From assembly GCA_025963725.1 (NCBI GenBank), contig JAOQAE010000006.1:769952-833951 (forward strand): a stretch of 64,000 nt of DNA, written 5' to 3'. The position numbers and the translations under genes were made by a program. Position 1 is the stretch's first letter. The number at the start of each line of letters is the position of its first letter. The notes below the pieces were generated by a model, which was not told the origin of the DNA, made no database searches, and saw nothing but the letters and a program-made list of their open reading frames with translations. This document shows, in pieces, positions 1 to 10,182 of the stretch. Origin of the DNA: Bacteroidota bacterium. Lineage in GTDB: Bacteria; Bacteroidota; Bacteroidia; 2-12-FULL-35-15.

Positions 1-2
1 AA

Positions 3-2594
3 GAGATCATCATCAAAAATGTGCAGCCTGTAAGCGCTCCCAAGCCAAAGGAGAAAGCGCCTGTGAAGGAAGAGAAAAAAGAGGAGGAGAAGAAGGAAGA
101 AGAAGTTGAAGTGGTGAAAGCAAAAGAGTCGGACGTGAAAGTGAAAGTGATCGATAAGATCGACCTCGATTCACTGAACTCCAAGACCAAGCCTGACAAG
201 AAAACCAAGGCTGCAAAGGACGAAGAGAAAAAAACAAAGACCACGGCAGCAAAAGCTAAAGGCAAAACCAAAAAAGAAGAGCCTGTTGAAGAAGTAGCTC
301 CTCCTGTTGAAAAGCCGGTTGTTGTTGAAAAGCCTGAAAAACCGGAAGAGCCTGCAGCGCCTGAGCCGCCGAAGGAAGATTTCTATGAAACAAAGGTAGA
401 GAAGCTGGAAGGGCCTAAGATCATGGGCCGCATCGAGCTTCCTGTGAAGGATGACCGTAAGAAGCCGGTGGCATCTTCGTCTGCGCAAAACAGCGCCGAC
501 AATAAGAAAAAACGCAAGCGCATTAAGAAAAGCTTTGGCGGCACCACCATCGGTGATGCGCTTCAGCCGAAGCCTCCGGGCAGCAATGTAAGCGGATCTG
601 AAAAAGAAAGGCTTGCCAAATACGAAGGCAGGGCATTAGGAACAGGCGGATACAAAGGAAAAACATCCAATACACGCGGCCCTAAAGTGGAGCTTACTCC
701 GGAGCAGATCCAGGCGCAGATCAAGGAAACGCTTGCACGCTTAAGCGGCAGTGGAAAGTCGAAAGCTTCCAAGCACCGTAAGAGCAAGCGCGACATGGTG
801 AGCGAGCGGATGATGGAAGAAGCCGAGCAAACCGAAGCAGGCAAAAAAGTGATCAAGGTAACTGAGTTCGTTTCCGCGAACCAGCTTGCACAAATGATGA
901 ATGTACAGGTGAACGAGATCATCTCCACCTGTATGAGCCTCGGAATGTTCGTTTCCATCAACCAGCGCCTCGATGCCGAAACCATCGCCATCGTTGCCGA
1001 AGAGTTCGGTTACCAGCTCGAGTTCGTAAGCGTTGAAGTGCAGGAAGCGATCAAAGAGGAAGCCGATACAGAAGATCAGCTCCTTCCCCGCTCTCCTATC
1101 GTTACCGTAATGGGCCACGTCGATCACGGTAAAACATCCCTGCTGGATCATATCCGGAAGGCCAATGTTATTGCAGGCGAGGCCGGCGGTATCACACAGC
1201 ACATCGGTGCATACAACGTAAAATTAGAGAATGAAAAAACGATCACCTTCCTGGATACTCCCGGTCACGAAGCCTTTACGGCCATGCGTGCACGCGGTGC
1301 CCAGGTAACGGATATCGCGATCATCGTGGTTGCGGCCGACGACAGCGTGATGCCGCAGACAGTGGAGGCGATCAACCACGCCCAGGCTGCAGGTGTTCCG
1401 ATCGTGATCGCGATCAATAAAATTGACAAGCCGGGCGCAAACCCCGACAAGATCCGCGAAGCATTATCGCAGATGAACATCCTCGTGGAGGAATGGGGTG
1501 GAAAATACCAGTGCCAGGAGATCTCCGCGAAAAAAGGACTGAACATAGATGCGCTGCTCGACAAAGTACTGCTCGAAGCGGAAATGCTCAACTTAAGGGC
1601 GAACCCGAACAAGAATGCAACAGGAACGGTAATTGAATCCGAGCTCGACAAAGGCCGCGGTTACATCAGCACCATCCTTGTTGAAGCAGGAACCCTGCAC
1701 GTTGGAGATACGGTGCTTGCCGGATGCTTCAGCGGTAAGGTGAAAGCATTGCACAATGAGCGCGGTGCCGTTGTGAAGGAAGCAGGGCCGGCCATGCCGG
1801 TGATCCTGCTCGGCTTAAGCGGTGCGCCGCAGGCCGGTGATAAGTTCCACGTGATGAGCGATGAGCGTGAAGCGCGTGAAATTGCCGCAAAACGTTTACA
1901 GTTACAGCGCGAACAAGGGATCCGTACCCAGAAGCACATTACGCTGGATGAGATCGGAAGGCGTTTGGCAATTGGCGATTTCAAGGAACTGAACGTGATC
2001 GTGAAAGGTGACGTGGATGGATCGGTTGAAGCATTGGCCGATTCATTGCAGAAGCTTTCAACTGACAAAGTACAGGTGAAGATCATCCACAAATCGGTGG
2101 GTGCGATCTCCGAATCGGATGTATTGTTAGCTTCGGCTTCCAACGCCATCATTGTTGGATTCCAGGTAAGGCCATCCGTAAGCGCTAAAAAATTAGCTGA
2201 AACAGAGCAGATCGATATCCGCTTATACTCTATCATCTACAAAGCGATCGACGAGATCAAAGCGGCGATGGAAGGTATGCTTGCCCCTGAGTTCGAAGAG
2301 AAAACAGTTTGCAACATCGAGATCCGCGAAGTGTTCAACATCACCAAGGTGGGAACCATTGCAGGATGTTATGTGCTCGACGGCAAAGTGACCCGCAACA
2401 CCAAAGTGCGTATCGTACGCGATGGCATTGTTGTTCACGATGGCAAGCTCGGCTCACTGAAGCGCTTCAAAGACGATGTGAAAGAAGTGAACAAAGGATT
2501 TGAGTGCGGACTGAACATCGAAGGTTTCGACGACATCAAAGTTGGCGATATCATTGAAGGTTATGAGATGGTGGAAATAAAAGCCAAATTGTAA
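3..2594 (+). CDS. infB: Translation initiation factor IF-2 (5'-truncated by window edge)
   Basis: GTPase motifs [17 protein letters not shown]; Lys/Glu-rich N-terminal region; C-terminal [17 protein letters not shown]; frame is open back to the window start. Confidence 0.98.
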   Translation, partial: EIIIKNVQPVSAPKPKEKAPVKEEKKEEEKKEEEVEVVKAKESDVKVKVIDKIDLDSLNSKTKPDKKTKAAKDEEKKTKTTAAKAKGKTKKEEPVEEVAPPVEKPVVVEKPEKPEEPAAPEPPKEDFYETKVEKLEGPKIMGRIELPVKDDRKKPVASSSAQNSADNKKKRKRIKKSFGGTTIGDALQPKPPGSNVSGSEKERLAKYEGRALGTGGYKGKTSNTRGPKVELTPEQIQAQIKETLARLSGSGKSKASKHRKSKRDMVSERMMEEAEQTEAGKKVIKVTEFVSANQLAQMMNVQVNEIISTCMSLGMFVSINQRLDAETIAIVAEEFGYQLEFVSVEVQEAIKEEADTEDQLLPRSPIVTVMGHVDHGKTSLLDHIRKANVIAGEAGGITQHIGAYNVKLENEKTITFLDTPGHEAFTAMRARGAQVTDIAIIVVAADDSVMPQTVEAINHAQAAGVPIVIAINKIDKPGANPDKIREALSQMNILVEEWGGKYQCQEISAKKGLNIDALLDKVLLEAEMLNLRANPNKNATGTVIESELDKGRGYISTILVEAGTLHVGDTVLAGCFSGKVKALHNERGAVVKEAGPAMPVILLGLSGAPQAGDKFHVMSDEREAREIAAKRLQLQREQGIRTQKHITLDEIGRRLAIGDFKELNVIVKGDVDGSVEALADSLQKLSTDKVQVKIIHKSVGAISESDVLLASASNAIIVGFQVRPSVSAKKLAETEQIDIRLYSIIYKAIDEIKAAMEGMLAPEFEEKTVCNIEIREVFNITKVGTIAGCYVLDGKVTRNTKVRIVRDGIVVHDGKLGSLKRFKDDVKEVNKGFECGLNIEGFDDIKVGDIIEGYEMVEIKAKL

Positions 2595-2617
2595 TTTCAG
2601 TTTAATAGAATAATAAT

Positions 2618-2652
2618 GAAAAGCCCTGTATGAATCCCATGCAGGGCTTTTT
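2618..2652 (+). terminator. Intrinsic terminator after infB
   Basis: aaagccctgtatg..catgcagggcttttt hairpin followed by a T-run. Confidence 0.75.
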
Positions 2653-2664
2653 AATTTAAACATC

Positions 2665-4026
2665 ATGAAAAAAAACTTCATCATCCTTGCCGTATTACTT
2701 TCTTTAGCCGGATCATCCTGCAAAGAAAAAAGCACAGGAATAACGCTCAGCGGAAAAATTGAAAGCCCCGGCAGTCCGCTGCTGCTGGCCGAGGATGAAT
2801 ACAGCGACACTTACGATACGATAACAGTTAAGAACGGCACATTCTCCACTCCTATCATCATGGACAATCCCGGCATTAAATATCTTATCACCGGAAAAAC
2901 GAGAAAGGCGCTGTTCCTCGCACCCGGCTATGCATTGAACGTAACGATCGGCAATACCGCCGTTCCGGATAGCAGCAGCATTAAAATTGAAGGCGAAGGC
3001 GCAGCTGAGAATTACATTCTCGATTCGGTACTGATCGCACAAAGCAAGCTTAATTACGGCTTTATCTACAGCGTTTCGCCTGCCATGGCTTCCAGGTACA
3101 TCGATTCATCCTACAGCAGCCTTATTGCTTATTTCGAGCGTTTAAGCGCTTCCTTCGGTCCGGCATTCACCGAATTTGAAAAGGCTGAGCTGTCTTATGG
3201 CGCAGCATCATTCAAGCTCCATATCGGCATGCAGAAAGAGGTCAGCGATCCTGCTTATTATGCTTTCCTGAAAAATACAGCGGCCGAAAATGAAAGGTAC
3301 ATGAACCTTCCGGGCTACAGAAGCTTTATGGATGCATACCTGAATTCAGGCACACAGCTCAGGGTTCCGGCGGACCTTGCAGATGAGCAGTACCTTGATT
3401 CGCTGCTGGTAACCATCGAAGGTTTAAAGAACAAAAAGATCCGCGAATATTATTTGTTTAACAAGATCAGCATGTTTGTGGGCGGGGGCCTTGTTGAGAA
3501 TCCGGAAAAATACCGCATGTATTTTGAAAAGCATAACACCAACCCTGAGTATGCAAAGGCCTTTGCTGAGATCCTCGCAAACATGCTCACACTAAGCCCC
3601 GGACAGGAGGCTCCTCCATTTGTACTTGAAGATGCCGGCGGCAAAGAGATCTCCTTACACGATTTTAAAGGCCACATTGTATTTCTTGATTTCTGGGCAA
3701 CATGGTGTCATCCCTGTATGGAAGAAATGCCTGCATACAACAAATTAAAAGCTGATTACGGCAATAAAGGGATTGTTTTCTTGAGCATCTCTCTCGATGA
3801 AGATAAAAGCAAATGGGAAAACTATCTGAAGAATGGCGGATCACCCGAAGGAAGCCTTCATGCAGAAAAGGGAATGGAATCGGATGTGGCGAAAGCGTAT
3901 CAGGTAAATGCAATTCCCCTGTTCACACTCATTGACAAGCAGGGCAGGATCGTTGAATACAGCACAGCGCCGCCTTCTTCAGCCGAACTCAGAACAGTGC
4001 TTGATAGCTTGACAACGCTGCCGTAG
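2665..4026 (+). CDS. TlpA/ResA-family thiol-disulfide oxidoreductase lipoprotein
   Basis: Lipoprotein-like signal (LAGSSC); C-terminal thioredoxin fold with DFWATWCHPC. Confidence 0.85.
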   Translation: MKKNFIILAVLLSLAGSSCKEKSTGITLSGKIESPGSPLLLAEDEYSDTYDTITVKNGTFSTPIIMDNPGIKYLITGKTRKALFLAPGYALNVTIGNTAVPDSSSIKIEGEGAAENYILDSVLIAQSKLNYGFIYSVSPAMASRYIDSSYSSLIAYFERLSASFGPAFTEFEKAELSYGAASFKLHIGMQKEVSDPAYYAFLKNTAAENERYMNLPGYRSFMDAYLNSGTQLRVPADLADEQYLDSLLVTIEGLKNKKIREYYLFNKISMFVGGGLVENPEKYRMYFEKHNTNPEYAKAFAEILANMLTLSPGQEAPPFVLEDAGGKEISLHDFKGHIVFLDFWATWCHPCMEEMPAYNKLKADYGNKGIVFLSISLDEDKSKWENYLKNGGSPEGSLHAEKGMESDVAKAYQVNAIPLFTLIDKQGRIVEYSTAPPSSAELRTVLDSLTTLP

Positions 4027-4038
4027 CAGCACGAAAAC

Positions 4039-5256
4039 CTAATACGATAAAACGGTGATCATTCCCCTGCCCTTATTTTGTTTTTCCGTTTCCGAATATA
4101 CAGCCGCCGAGATCCCCGGATCCCACTGGCTGATCCTATCCGCCGGAATTCCAATGTTCACCAGCTGAAGTGCAAAGTTATTGGTCCTCCATTTTGAGAA
4201 TGGCATCTCCTCATCCACCCACGACTCATCCTTTGTAGCGCTGCATCCCACCTGCATCCGGAGAGCGGGGTGAAGCTTATACAGCATATACGCCCGGTAC
4301 AATGCCACCCAGGCTTCATACTGCAGCAATCCCTGGCCGCTTTTCTTGTAATAGTGTAGCGTATACGGAGCTTTAGTCCCAAGCGGCTGCATTTTTTTAT
4401 CGTAAGTGAAATCTGTTCCCAGCCTTGTGTTTACGTATGCCCCCTCAGGAAAGGTTGTTGCATTGTAAAATACAAGATAATAGGGCCGGTCGCTATTCAC
4501 ACCCGTTGTAATGCTATAAGTCCCGTCAGCAGGATTTGTTTCCGCCTGCGCAATTTCATTTTTATCTTCATCCAGCAACACGATGCTTACTGCCGAAGGC
4601 CCGTTTGATAAGCTATCCTTAACAGTTCCTTTTATTGTGATCTTCCGGCTGAAGCTCAGCATGAAGCTATATCCTTTGGCATTACTGGCATTATCGATCA
4701 CCAGCACATATTTTTCACCGCTGCTTACTTCCAGCGCTTTCGAATATAAAGTACCCTGATCCTTTCCCGCAAACTTTTCCTTGCAGGAGGCCGAAAGCCC
4801 TGTAAAGGATCTCTCTTTATTAAAAGCAATATTGCTTCGTACCGGCATCACTTTCTTATTCCTGATCGCATCACAGGTCAGCGAGTCGCTGTATTTATAG
4901 ATCAGGAAATCACAGTCGGTATTTTTTCCTTCCGGGTGAATGTCGAGCACAAGCTCGCCCTTCTCTGAAATTTCAAGAATATACCAGGAAGAAGCATGTT
5001 CCTTTTCAAAAGAATGAGGGTCGGAAGATGCAGCTGAGCTGATTTCCTGCACCTTTCCATAGCCCTGTTCCGCTTTATTTAAAGTGAAGTATGAGGTTGC
5101 AGAGGTAACCGCGATATGGATCGCTGCGGGGCAATCGCAATTAAGGTTATCGGCCGCGGAGGCCGGACCTTTATTTTGCTTTAAACCCTGGGAGAAGCCG
5201 CCAAAGGAAAAGCAGGGAAGTAATAAAATTAAAAGCTTTTCTGCCCGGGATCTCAT
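4039..5256 (-). CDS. Exported protein with carboxypeptidase-regulatory-like domain and degenerate OmpA-like C-terminus
   Basis: Signal peptide after ATG 5256 (the ORF track extends to 5307); ITIKGTVKDS..ADGTYSIT module; C-terminal LVNIGIPADRI resembles OmpA-C. Confidence 0.55.
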   Translation of the reverse strand: MRSRAEKLLILLLPCFSFGGFSQGLKQNKGPASAADNLNCDCPAAIHIAVTSATSYFTLNKAEQGYGKVQEISSAASSDPHSFEKEHASSWYILEISEKGELVLDIHPEGKNTDCDFLIYKYSDSLTCDAIRNKKVMPVRSNIAFNKERSFTGLSASCKEKFAGKDQGTLYSKALEVSSGEKYVLVIDNASNAKGYSFMLSFSRKITIKGTVKDSLSNGPSAVSIVLLDEDKNEIAQAETNPADGTYSITTGVNSDRPYYLVFYNATTFPEGAYVNTRLGTDFTYDKKMQPLGTKAPYTLHYYKKSGQGLLQYEAWVALYRAYMLYKLHPALRMQVGCSATKDESWVDEEMPFSKWRTNNFALQLVNIGIPADRISQWDPGISAAVYSETEKQNKGRGMITVLSY

Positions 5257-5326
5257 GGGAATATTATTTTTGATGGATCTAACAATGATATAAAAATATA
5301 ACCGCAAAACAAAGCCTTACCGCCGC

Positions 5327-5992
5327 ATGACCCGCAGAAAAAAAGTCCTCCTGTTCTTCCTTTGCATCTCCGTCGGGGGACTGATCTTCGCACACGCGCA
5401 TTTTTATTACAATACATTTTACAAGCCGGAACAATTGTACACAGCCGCAATAAAGCAGCCGCCCTTTGATGCAGTCATTGTTCCGGGAATCCCCTGTGAT
5501 GGCGGGAAATGGGGCTTTATTATGAAATGGAGAGTGGGCTGGTCGGTTTATTTATACAAAACGGGAATGGCAAAAAACCTCATTTATTCCGGCGGCGCCG
5601 TGTACACTCCATATACCGAGGCTGTGATCATGGCGCTGTACGCGGAAAAGATGGGAGTTCCCAAAGAGCATATTTTTACAGAGACCAAAGCGGAGCATAC
5701 CACGGAGAACCTGTATTACTCGTGGCAGCTTGCAAATGAAAAAGGCTTTAAGAGGATCGCCTTTGCAACAGATCCTTTCCAATCGCTTAAGGTGGAGCCG
5801 TACATCAAAGAGTTCGGCCTCGATGTACGCCCCCTGCCCAGCGTGATCGGCATTACCAGGAACATACAGGTGAAGGACTATGATATCGACTCTTACAAGG
5901 CTTACAAGCTTGGCTTCGTATCCATCCGCGAGCGGGAAAGCGCGGAAGAGCAGGAATTTAATTCGAAAGGCGGCAGGATAAAAGTAAAGTAA
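5327..5992 (+). CDS. YdcF/DUF218 family protein
   Basis: N-terminal TM; motifs DAVIVPG, YSGGAV, TEAVIM, ETKAEHTTEN. Confidence 0.85.
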   Translation: MTRRKKVLLFFLCISVGGLIFAHAHFYYNTFYKPEQLYTAAIKQPPFDAVIVPGIPCDGGKWGFIMKWRVGWSVYLYKTGMAKNLIYSGGAVYTPYTEAVIMALYAEKMGVPKEHIFTETKAEHTTENLYYSWQLANEKGFKRIAFATDPFQSLKVEPYIKEFGLDVRPLPSVIGITRNIQVKDYDIDSYKAYKLGFVSIRERESAEEQEFNSKGGRIKVK

Positions 5993-6021
5993 TTCCAGCG
6001 GTAGCCTTAAGTGGTACCAGG

Positions 6022-6693
6022 TCACATCTTCTTCACCAGCTTATTCTTCGGAAACAGGCTTTTTAAGATCTCCCCGTAATAGATCAAAAACTTGAACGCA
6101 TACGTTGGCGAAGTGAAGCTCTTATTCAGGTGCCTGTCGTTCGTGAGCATAAAGCGATAGCCCACATCGGCGCCAATGCCGAACCATTTCACAAATTTAT
6201 ACTGGATCGCAACGGCAGGCTCATAAATGAAGTTGAAGGCTTCGTCCGTCTTCATTATTTTTCCGAGGAACAGGTAATTGTAATAGCTTTTACCAACACC
6301 GATCTGCAGCGGCATGCTCAGCTCCCAATGCTTCGTTTGATAAAATGTGTATTCGGCGTAAGCGGAAATGTAATACATGTGCAGGTGTGCGGTCACCGGA
6401 TACAATGTTCCCCAGCTGTCGGCGAAGTAAATCTTTTTATCGAAGGCGCTTTCCGGTGGATACAGCTGGTTGTAGCCAAGCCCGAAATGAACCCGCTTCC
6501 CGTAGCTGATCCCGAGCTTTAACCCGAAGATCTTCGCGCGGCTGTTCTCAATAAAGGAATTGCGGCCATCCAGCTTTGCAAACACCTGTGGCTTTTGCTT
6601 CAGGCAGTCTTTGATCGTGTCGAGGGTAGGCTGCGCCCGGATCAGGGAAATGAGGCAGAGGAATAAAATTGATATGATCAGTCGCTTCAGCAC
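6022..6693 (-). CDS. Hypothetical exported protein, probable outer-membrane beta-barrel
   Basis: Signal peptide; alternating aromatic/hydrophobic strands (WFGIGADVGYRF). Confidence 0.55.
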   Translation of the reverse strand: MLKRLIISILFLCLISLIRAQPTLDTIKDCLKQKPQVFAKLDGRNSFIENSRAKIFGLKLGISYGKRVHFGLGYNQLYPPESAFDKKIYFADSWGTLYPVTAHLHMYYISAYAEYTFYQTKHWELSMPLQIGVGKSYYNYLFLGKIMKTDEAFNFIYEPAVAIQYKFVKWFGIGADVGYRFMLTNDRHLNKSFTSPTYAFKFLIYYGEILKSLFPKNKLVKKM

Positions 6694-6745
6694 AGCACTA
6701 AAGATACGCAGAAGAGCGCAGATTAAGAAGCGTGTTTTAAATAAG

Positions 6746-8170
6746 CTATTGTTTGATGAACCGTGCAGAACGCTGCCTTCCGTCGCGGCTGGTTATGGTT
6801 AGAAAATAAACACCTGCTGAAAGCTCACTTATATCGATCGCGGTACCGTTCATTTTCATTTTGATGGCCTCTCCCATTACATTGATGAGTTCAACTGCTG
6901 CATCAACATCCTGTTCGTTTAAACCGACCGTTAATATATTGCCTGCAGGATTTGGATAAACCCTGAGCCTTCCCGCATTATCTTCCTCCTCAATCCCTAT
7001 GCTGCAATCAGGGACAAGGCAACCGAACCCATCCGTTTTTAACACCCAGGCATCCTGGCCGCTGATGTTACCTGAGCCCGCCATGATAAATCCGTTATCA
7101 GCCGTCGCCTTCAGCTCATAAATATAATTATCGTTCGACGGATTCGCATAATATTGCCGCAGCCACGTTTGATTTCCGGCACTGTCTGTTTTTACCAGCA
7201 AGCCATTTGAATAAGCGCCTAATTGGGATTCTCCCGAAACCACAATACTGCCGTCCGCTAAAACAACGGGAATGGTATAGAACTGCTGGTCGCCCCAGCC
7301 GCCGTAGGTTTTCTGCCAGCGGATGGCTGATCCGGACGGGTTGAGCTTTGCCATGTATGCCTGGTAACCATAACCGGCCACGGACTTTGCGCCCACAACA
7401 AGATATGAGCTGTCGGGAAGCTGTTTTACAAAGCCGGTTCCTGCGGTCCCGCTAAATTGTTTTAACCATTGAAACGTTCCGTTTACATCGGCTTTCAATA
7501 CAAAGATCTCACCGTTACGTATGCCCGACATAATATATCCGCCATCAAGTGTGATCTGCCCCGATACACAATCCTCGGGTGAAGCGGTGAGGTAATTCTT
7601 CTGCCATTGCTGATTGCCGTTCTTATCTGTTTTAATGAGATAGAAATCGGACGCAGTTCCCATGCTGTAGCTTTGAGTTACTCCCATCAATACAAATCCG
7701 CTGTCAGGAGTTTGGCAAACAATGTTTGCATTGTCGAATTGCGCGCCGCCATAGGTTCTTGTCCATAAAGTATCCCCGCTCATGGTCAGCTTTACAAGGA
7801 GCGCATCCATGTTGCCGCTGCTGTCGGCATAAGCACCGCATTGAACAAGATTGCTGTCTGCTGTTTTTATGAATGCCCCTGAAGCGCCGCAATAGTACTG
7901 GCAGTTGGGCTTCGGGTATCGTTCGCAGTAAAGTGTATCGCCTGCGGCATTTATCCTGATAAAACACAAGGCGCCGAAACCTGCGGAGTAAAATTTCTGA
8001 CCGCTGATCATAAAGTCACCGTTATCATATTCATAAATGCCGGAAGCCGAATTATTGTAGCTGAGTGTCCCTGCATAATTATACACCCTGTTGATATAGG
8101 TCTGTGCTCCTGACTTAACAGTAAAACATACTATGAGAAAGAGAATAGGATATAACTTCTGCAGCTTCAT
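6746..8170 (-). CDS. T9SS type A sorting domain protein with beta-propeller-like repeats
   Basis: Repeated D..GN..W.K.YG units; C-terminal VYPNPA..LSAGVYFL..RFIKQ CTD. Confidence 0.85.
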   Translation of the reverse strand: MKLQKLYPILFLIVCFTVKSGAQTYINRVYNYAGTLSYNNSASGIYEYDNGDFMISGQKFYSAGFGALCFIRINAAGDTLYCERYPKPNCQYYCGASGAFIKTADSNLVQCGAYADSSGNMDALLVKLTMSGDTLWTRTYGGAQFDNANIVCQTPDSGFVLMGVTQSYSMGTASDFYLIKTDKNGNQQWQKNYLTASPEDCVSGQITLDGGYIMSGIRNGEIFVLKADVNGTFQWLKQFSGTAGTGFVKQLPDSSYLVVGAKSVAGYGYQAYMAKLNPSGSAIRWQKTYGGWGDQQFYTIPVVLADGSIVVSGESQLGAYSNGLLVKTDSAGNQTWLRQYYANPSNDNYIYELKATADNGFIMAGSGNISGQDAWVLKTDGFGCLVPDCSIGIEEEDNAGRLRVYPNPAGNILTVGLNEQDVDAAVELINVMGEAIKMKMNGTAIDISELSAGVYFLTITSRDGRQRSARFIKQ

Positions 8171-8223
8171 TCGTATGCAATTTAGGTTATTTATAAAGAA
8201 CCCGCAATGGCAAATGCAGCGTC

Positions 8224-8258
8224 AAAAAAAATCCCCGTCCGCATTGCGAACAGGGATT
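8224..8258 (-). terminator. Intrinsic terminator of the act-cta operon
   Basis: Minus-strand hairpin aatccctgttcgca/tgcggacggggatt followed by a long U-run. Confidence 0.75.
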
Positions 8259-8271
8259 CTGTATGTTTTTG

Positions 8272-8303
8272 CTCCCTCTCCCCCGGAGAGGGCCGGGGTG
8301 AGG
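8272..8303. repeat. REP-like GC-rich palindromic element
   Basis: ctccctctcccccggagagggccggggtgagg; similar to the unit at 53611-53641. Confidence 0.6.
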
Positions 8304-8314
8304 TCTTATTAATT

Positions 8315-10141
8315 TTAATGATGTCCTCCGCCATCCACTTCGCCTTCAGCCAGTGGAACAGTTTGCGGAACATAATCTTCGTCCTTTCCAGGCTTGCTGT
8401 AGTCATACGGCCAGCGGTGAACTACCGGCAGTGCGCCAGGCCAGTTCCCGTGAGTGTTTGCCATTGGCGTTGTCCACTCCAGTGTGTTCGAGTGCCAAGG
8501 GTTTTGAACCGATTTAGGCCCGCGGAACATGGAATAGAAGAAGTTGAACAGGAAGATGATCTGTGCAAGCCCGCCCAATATCGCGAAGCAGGTGATCAGC
8601 ACGTTGATGTCAACCAGGTTGTCGAACATCGGGAATGCGGTGTTCGAGTAGTACCTGCGGGGAACACCTGCAAGGCCTAAGAAGTGCATCGGGAAGAATA
8701 CGCCGTAAGCAGAAATAAATGTGAGCCAGAAGTGAACATAGCCAAGCTTCTTGTTCATGTGGCGCAGGAACATTTTAGGATACCAGTGATATACGCCGGC
8801 AAGCATTCCTAAGATCGCCGATACACCCATTACAATGTGGAAGTGGGCAACAACGAAATACGTATCGTGGATCGGAATATCAAGCGCAGAATCCGCAAGG
8901 ATGATCCCTGTTAAACCACCGGAGATAAAGGTAGATACCAGGCCGATCGCGAAAAGCATACCCGGTGTGAAGCGGATGTTACCTTTCCAGAGCGTGGTGA
9001 TGTAGTTGAACGCTTTAACAGCGGAAGGGATCGCGATGAGTAAGGTGGTGAATACGAACACGGATCCTAAGAACGGGTTCATACCGGTGATGAACATGTG
9101 GTGGCCCCAAACGATGAAGGAAAGGAACCCGATCGCCATGATGGAACCGATCATTGCGCGGTAACCGAAGATCGGCTTGCGTGCATTTACGGAGATGATC
9201 TCAGATGTTAAGCCCAGTGCAGGAAGGATAATGATGTATACCTCCGGGTGGCCTAAGAACCAGAACAAGTGCTGGTACAGGATCGGGGAACCGCCTGTTT
9301 GCTCGAGTGCCTGTCCGCCGATGTAAATGTCGGAAAGGTAAAAGGATGTTCCGAAGCTCCTGTCGAAGATCAGCAGCAATGCCGCCGATAATAACACAGG
9401 GAAGGAAAGCACACCAAGGATCGCTGTAACGAAGAATGCCCAGATGGTAAGCGGCAAACGCGTCATCGACATACCTTTTGTACGCAGGTTGATGATGGTG
9501 ATGATGTAGTTCAAGCCACCAAGTAAGGAAGAAACGATGAAGGCCGTCATGGATAATAACCAGAAGGTCATCCCTAATTTGGAACCGTCCATTGCCTGTG
9601 GTAATGCGCTCAGTGGAGGATAAACCGTCCATCCGCCGGATGCAGGGCCAGTTTCAATGAAGAAAGAAGCCATCATGATCGCGCTCGACAGGAAGAAGAA
9701 CCAGTACGAAAGCATGTTCAGGAACCCGGATGCCATATCGCGTGCACCGATCTGGTAAGGAATTAAAAGGTTGGAGAACGTACCGCTCAGTCCGCCTGTT
9801 AACACCATGAACACCATTACGGTTCCGTGGATGGTTACCAGCGCCATGTACATTCCCGGCTCAAGGATCCCGTCCTTGCCCCATTTATCACCAAGGATCC
9901 AGTTGATGAAGCCGAAATGCTCATTTGGCCAGGCCAGCTGTAAGCGGAACAGCATTGACATGATCATTGCAAACGTTGCCATGATCACGGCAGTAATCAG
10001 GAACTGGCGTGAGATGGTTTTGTGGTCCATACTAAAGATGTACTTGCTCACAAAAGATTCTTCATGATGATGCTCGTCGTGGTGACCGTGATGTTCGTGG
10101 CTTCCGTGACTATCGTGATGACCGTGATTCTCCATTGACAT
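8315..10141 (-). CDS. ctaD: Cytochrome c oxidase subunit I (A1-type haem-copper oxidase)
   Basis: FWFLGHPEVY, VWGHHMF, VVAHFH ligand motifs; many TM helices. Confidence 0.97.
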   Translation of the reverse strand: MSMENHGHHDSHGSHEHHGHHDEHHHEESFVSKYIFSMDHKTISRQFLITAVIMATFAMIMSMLFRLQLAWPNEHFGFINWILGDKWGKDGILEPGMYMALVTIHGTVMVFMVLTGGLSGTFSNLLIPYQIGARDMASGFLNMLSYWFFFLSSAIMMASFFIETGPASGGWTVYPPLSALPQAMDGSKLGMTFWLLSMTAFIVSSLLGGLNYIITIINLRTKGMSMTRLPLTIWAFFVTAILGVLSFPVLLSAALLLIFDRSFGTSFYLSDIYIGGQALEQTGGSPILYQHLFWFLGHPEVYIIILPALGLTSEIISVNARKPIFGYRAMIGSIMAIGFLSFIVWGHHMFITGMNPFLGSVFVFTTLLIAIPSAVKAFNYITTLWKGNIRFTPGMLFAIGLVSTFISGGLTGIILADSALDIPIHDTYFVVAHFHIVMGVSAILGMLAGVYHWYPKMFLRHMNKKLGYVHFWLTFISAYGVFFPMHFLGLAGVPRRYYSNTAFPMFDNLVDINVLITCFAILGGLAQIIFLFNFFYSMFRGPKSVQNPWHSNTLEWTTPMANTHGNWPGALPVVHRWPYDYSKPGKDEDYVPQTVPLAEGEVDGGGHH

Positions 10142-10182
10142 ATTGTATACTTTATTGATGTTTGTTAAAAATTTTCTTTTTC

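Noticed and set aside
8191-8406. 71-aa minus-strand ORF overlapping the ctaD end (SPRPSPGERE)
   Set aside because: It is the translation of the REP palindrome and terminator, not a credible gene
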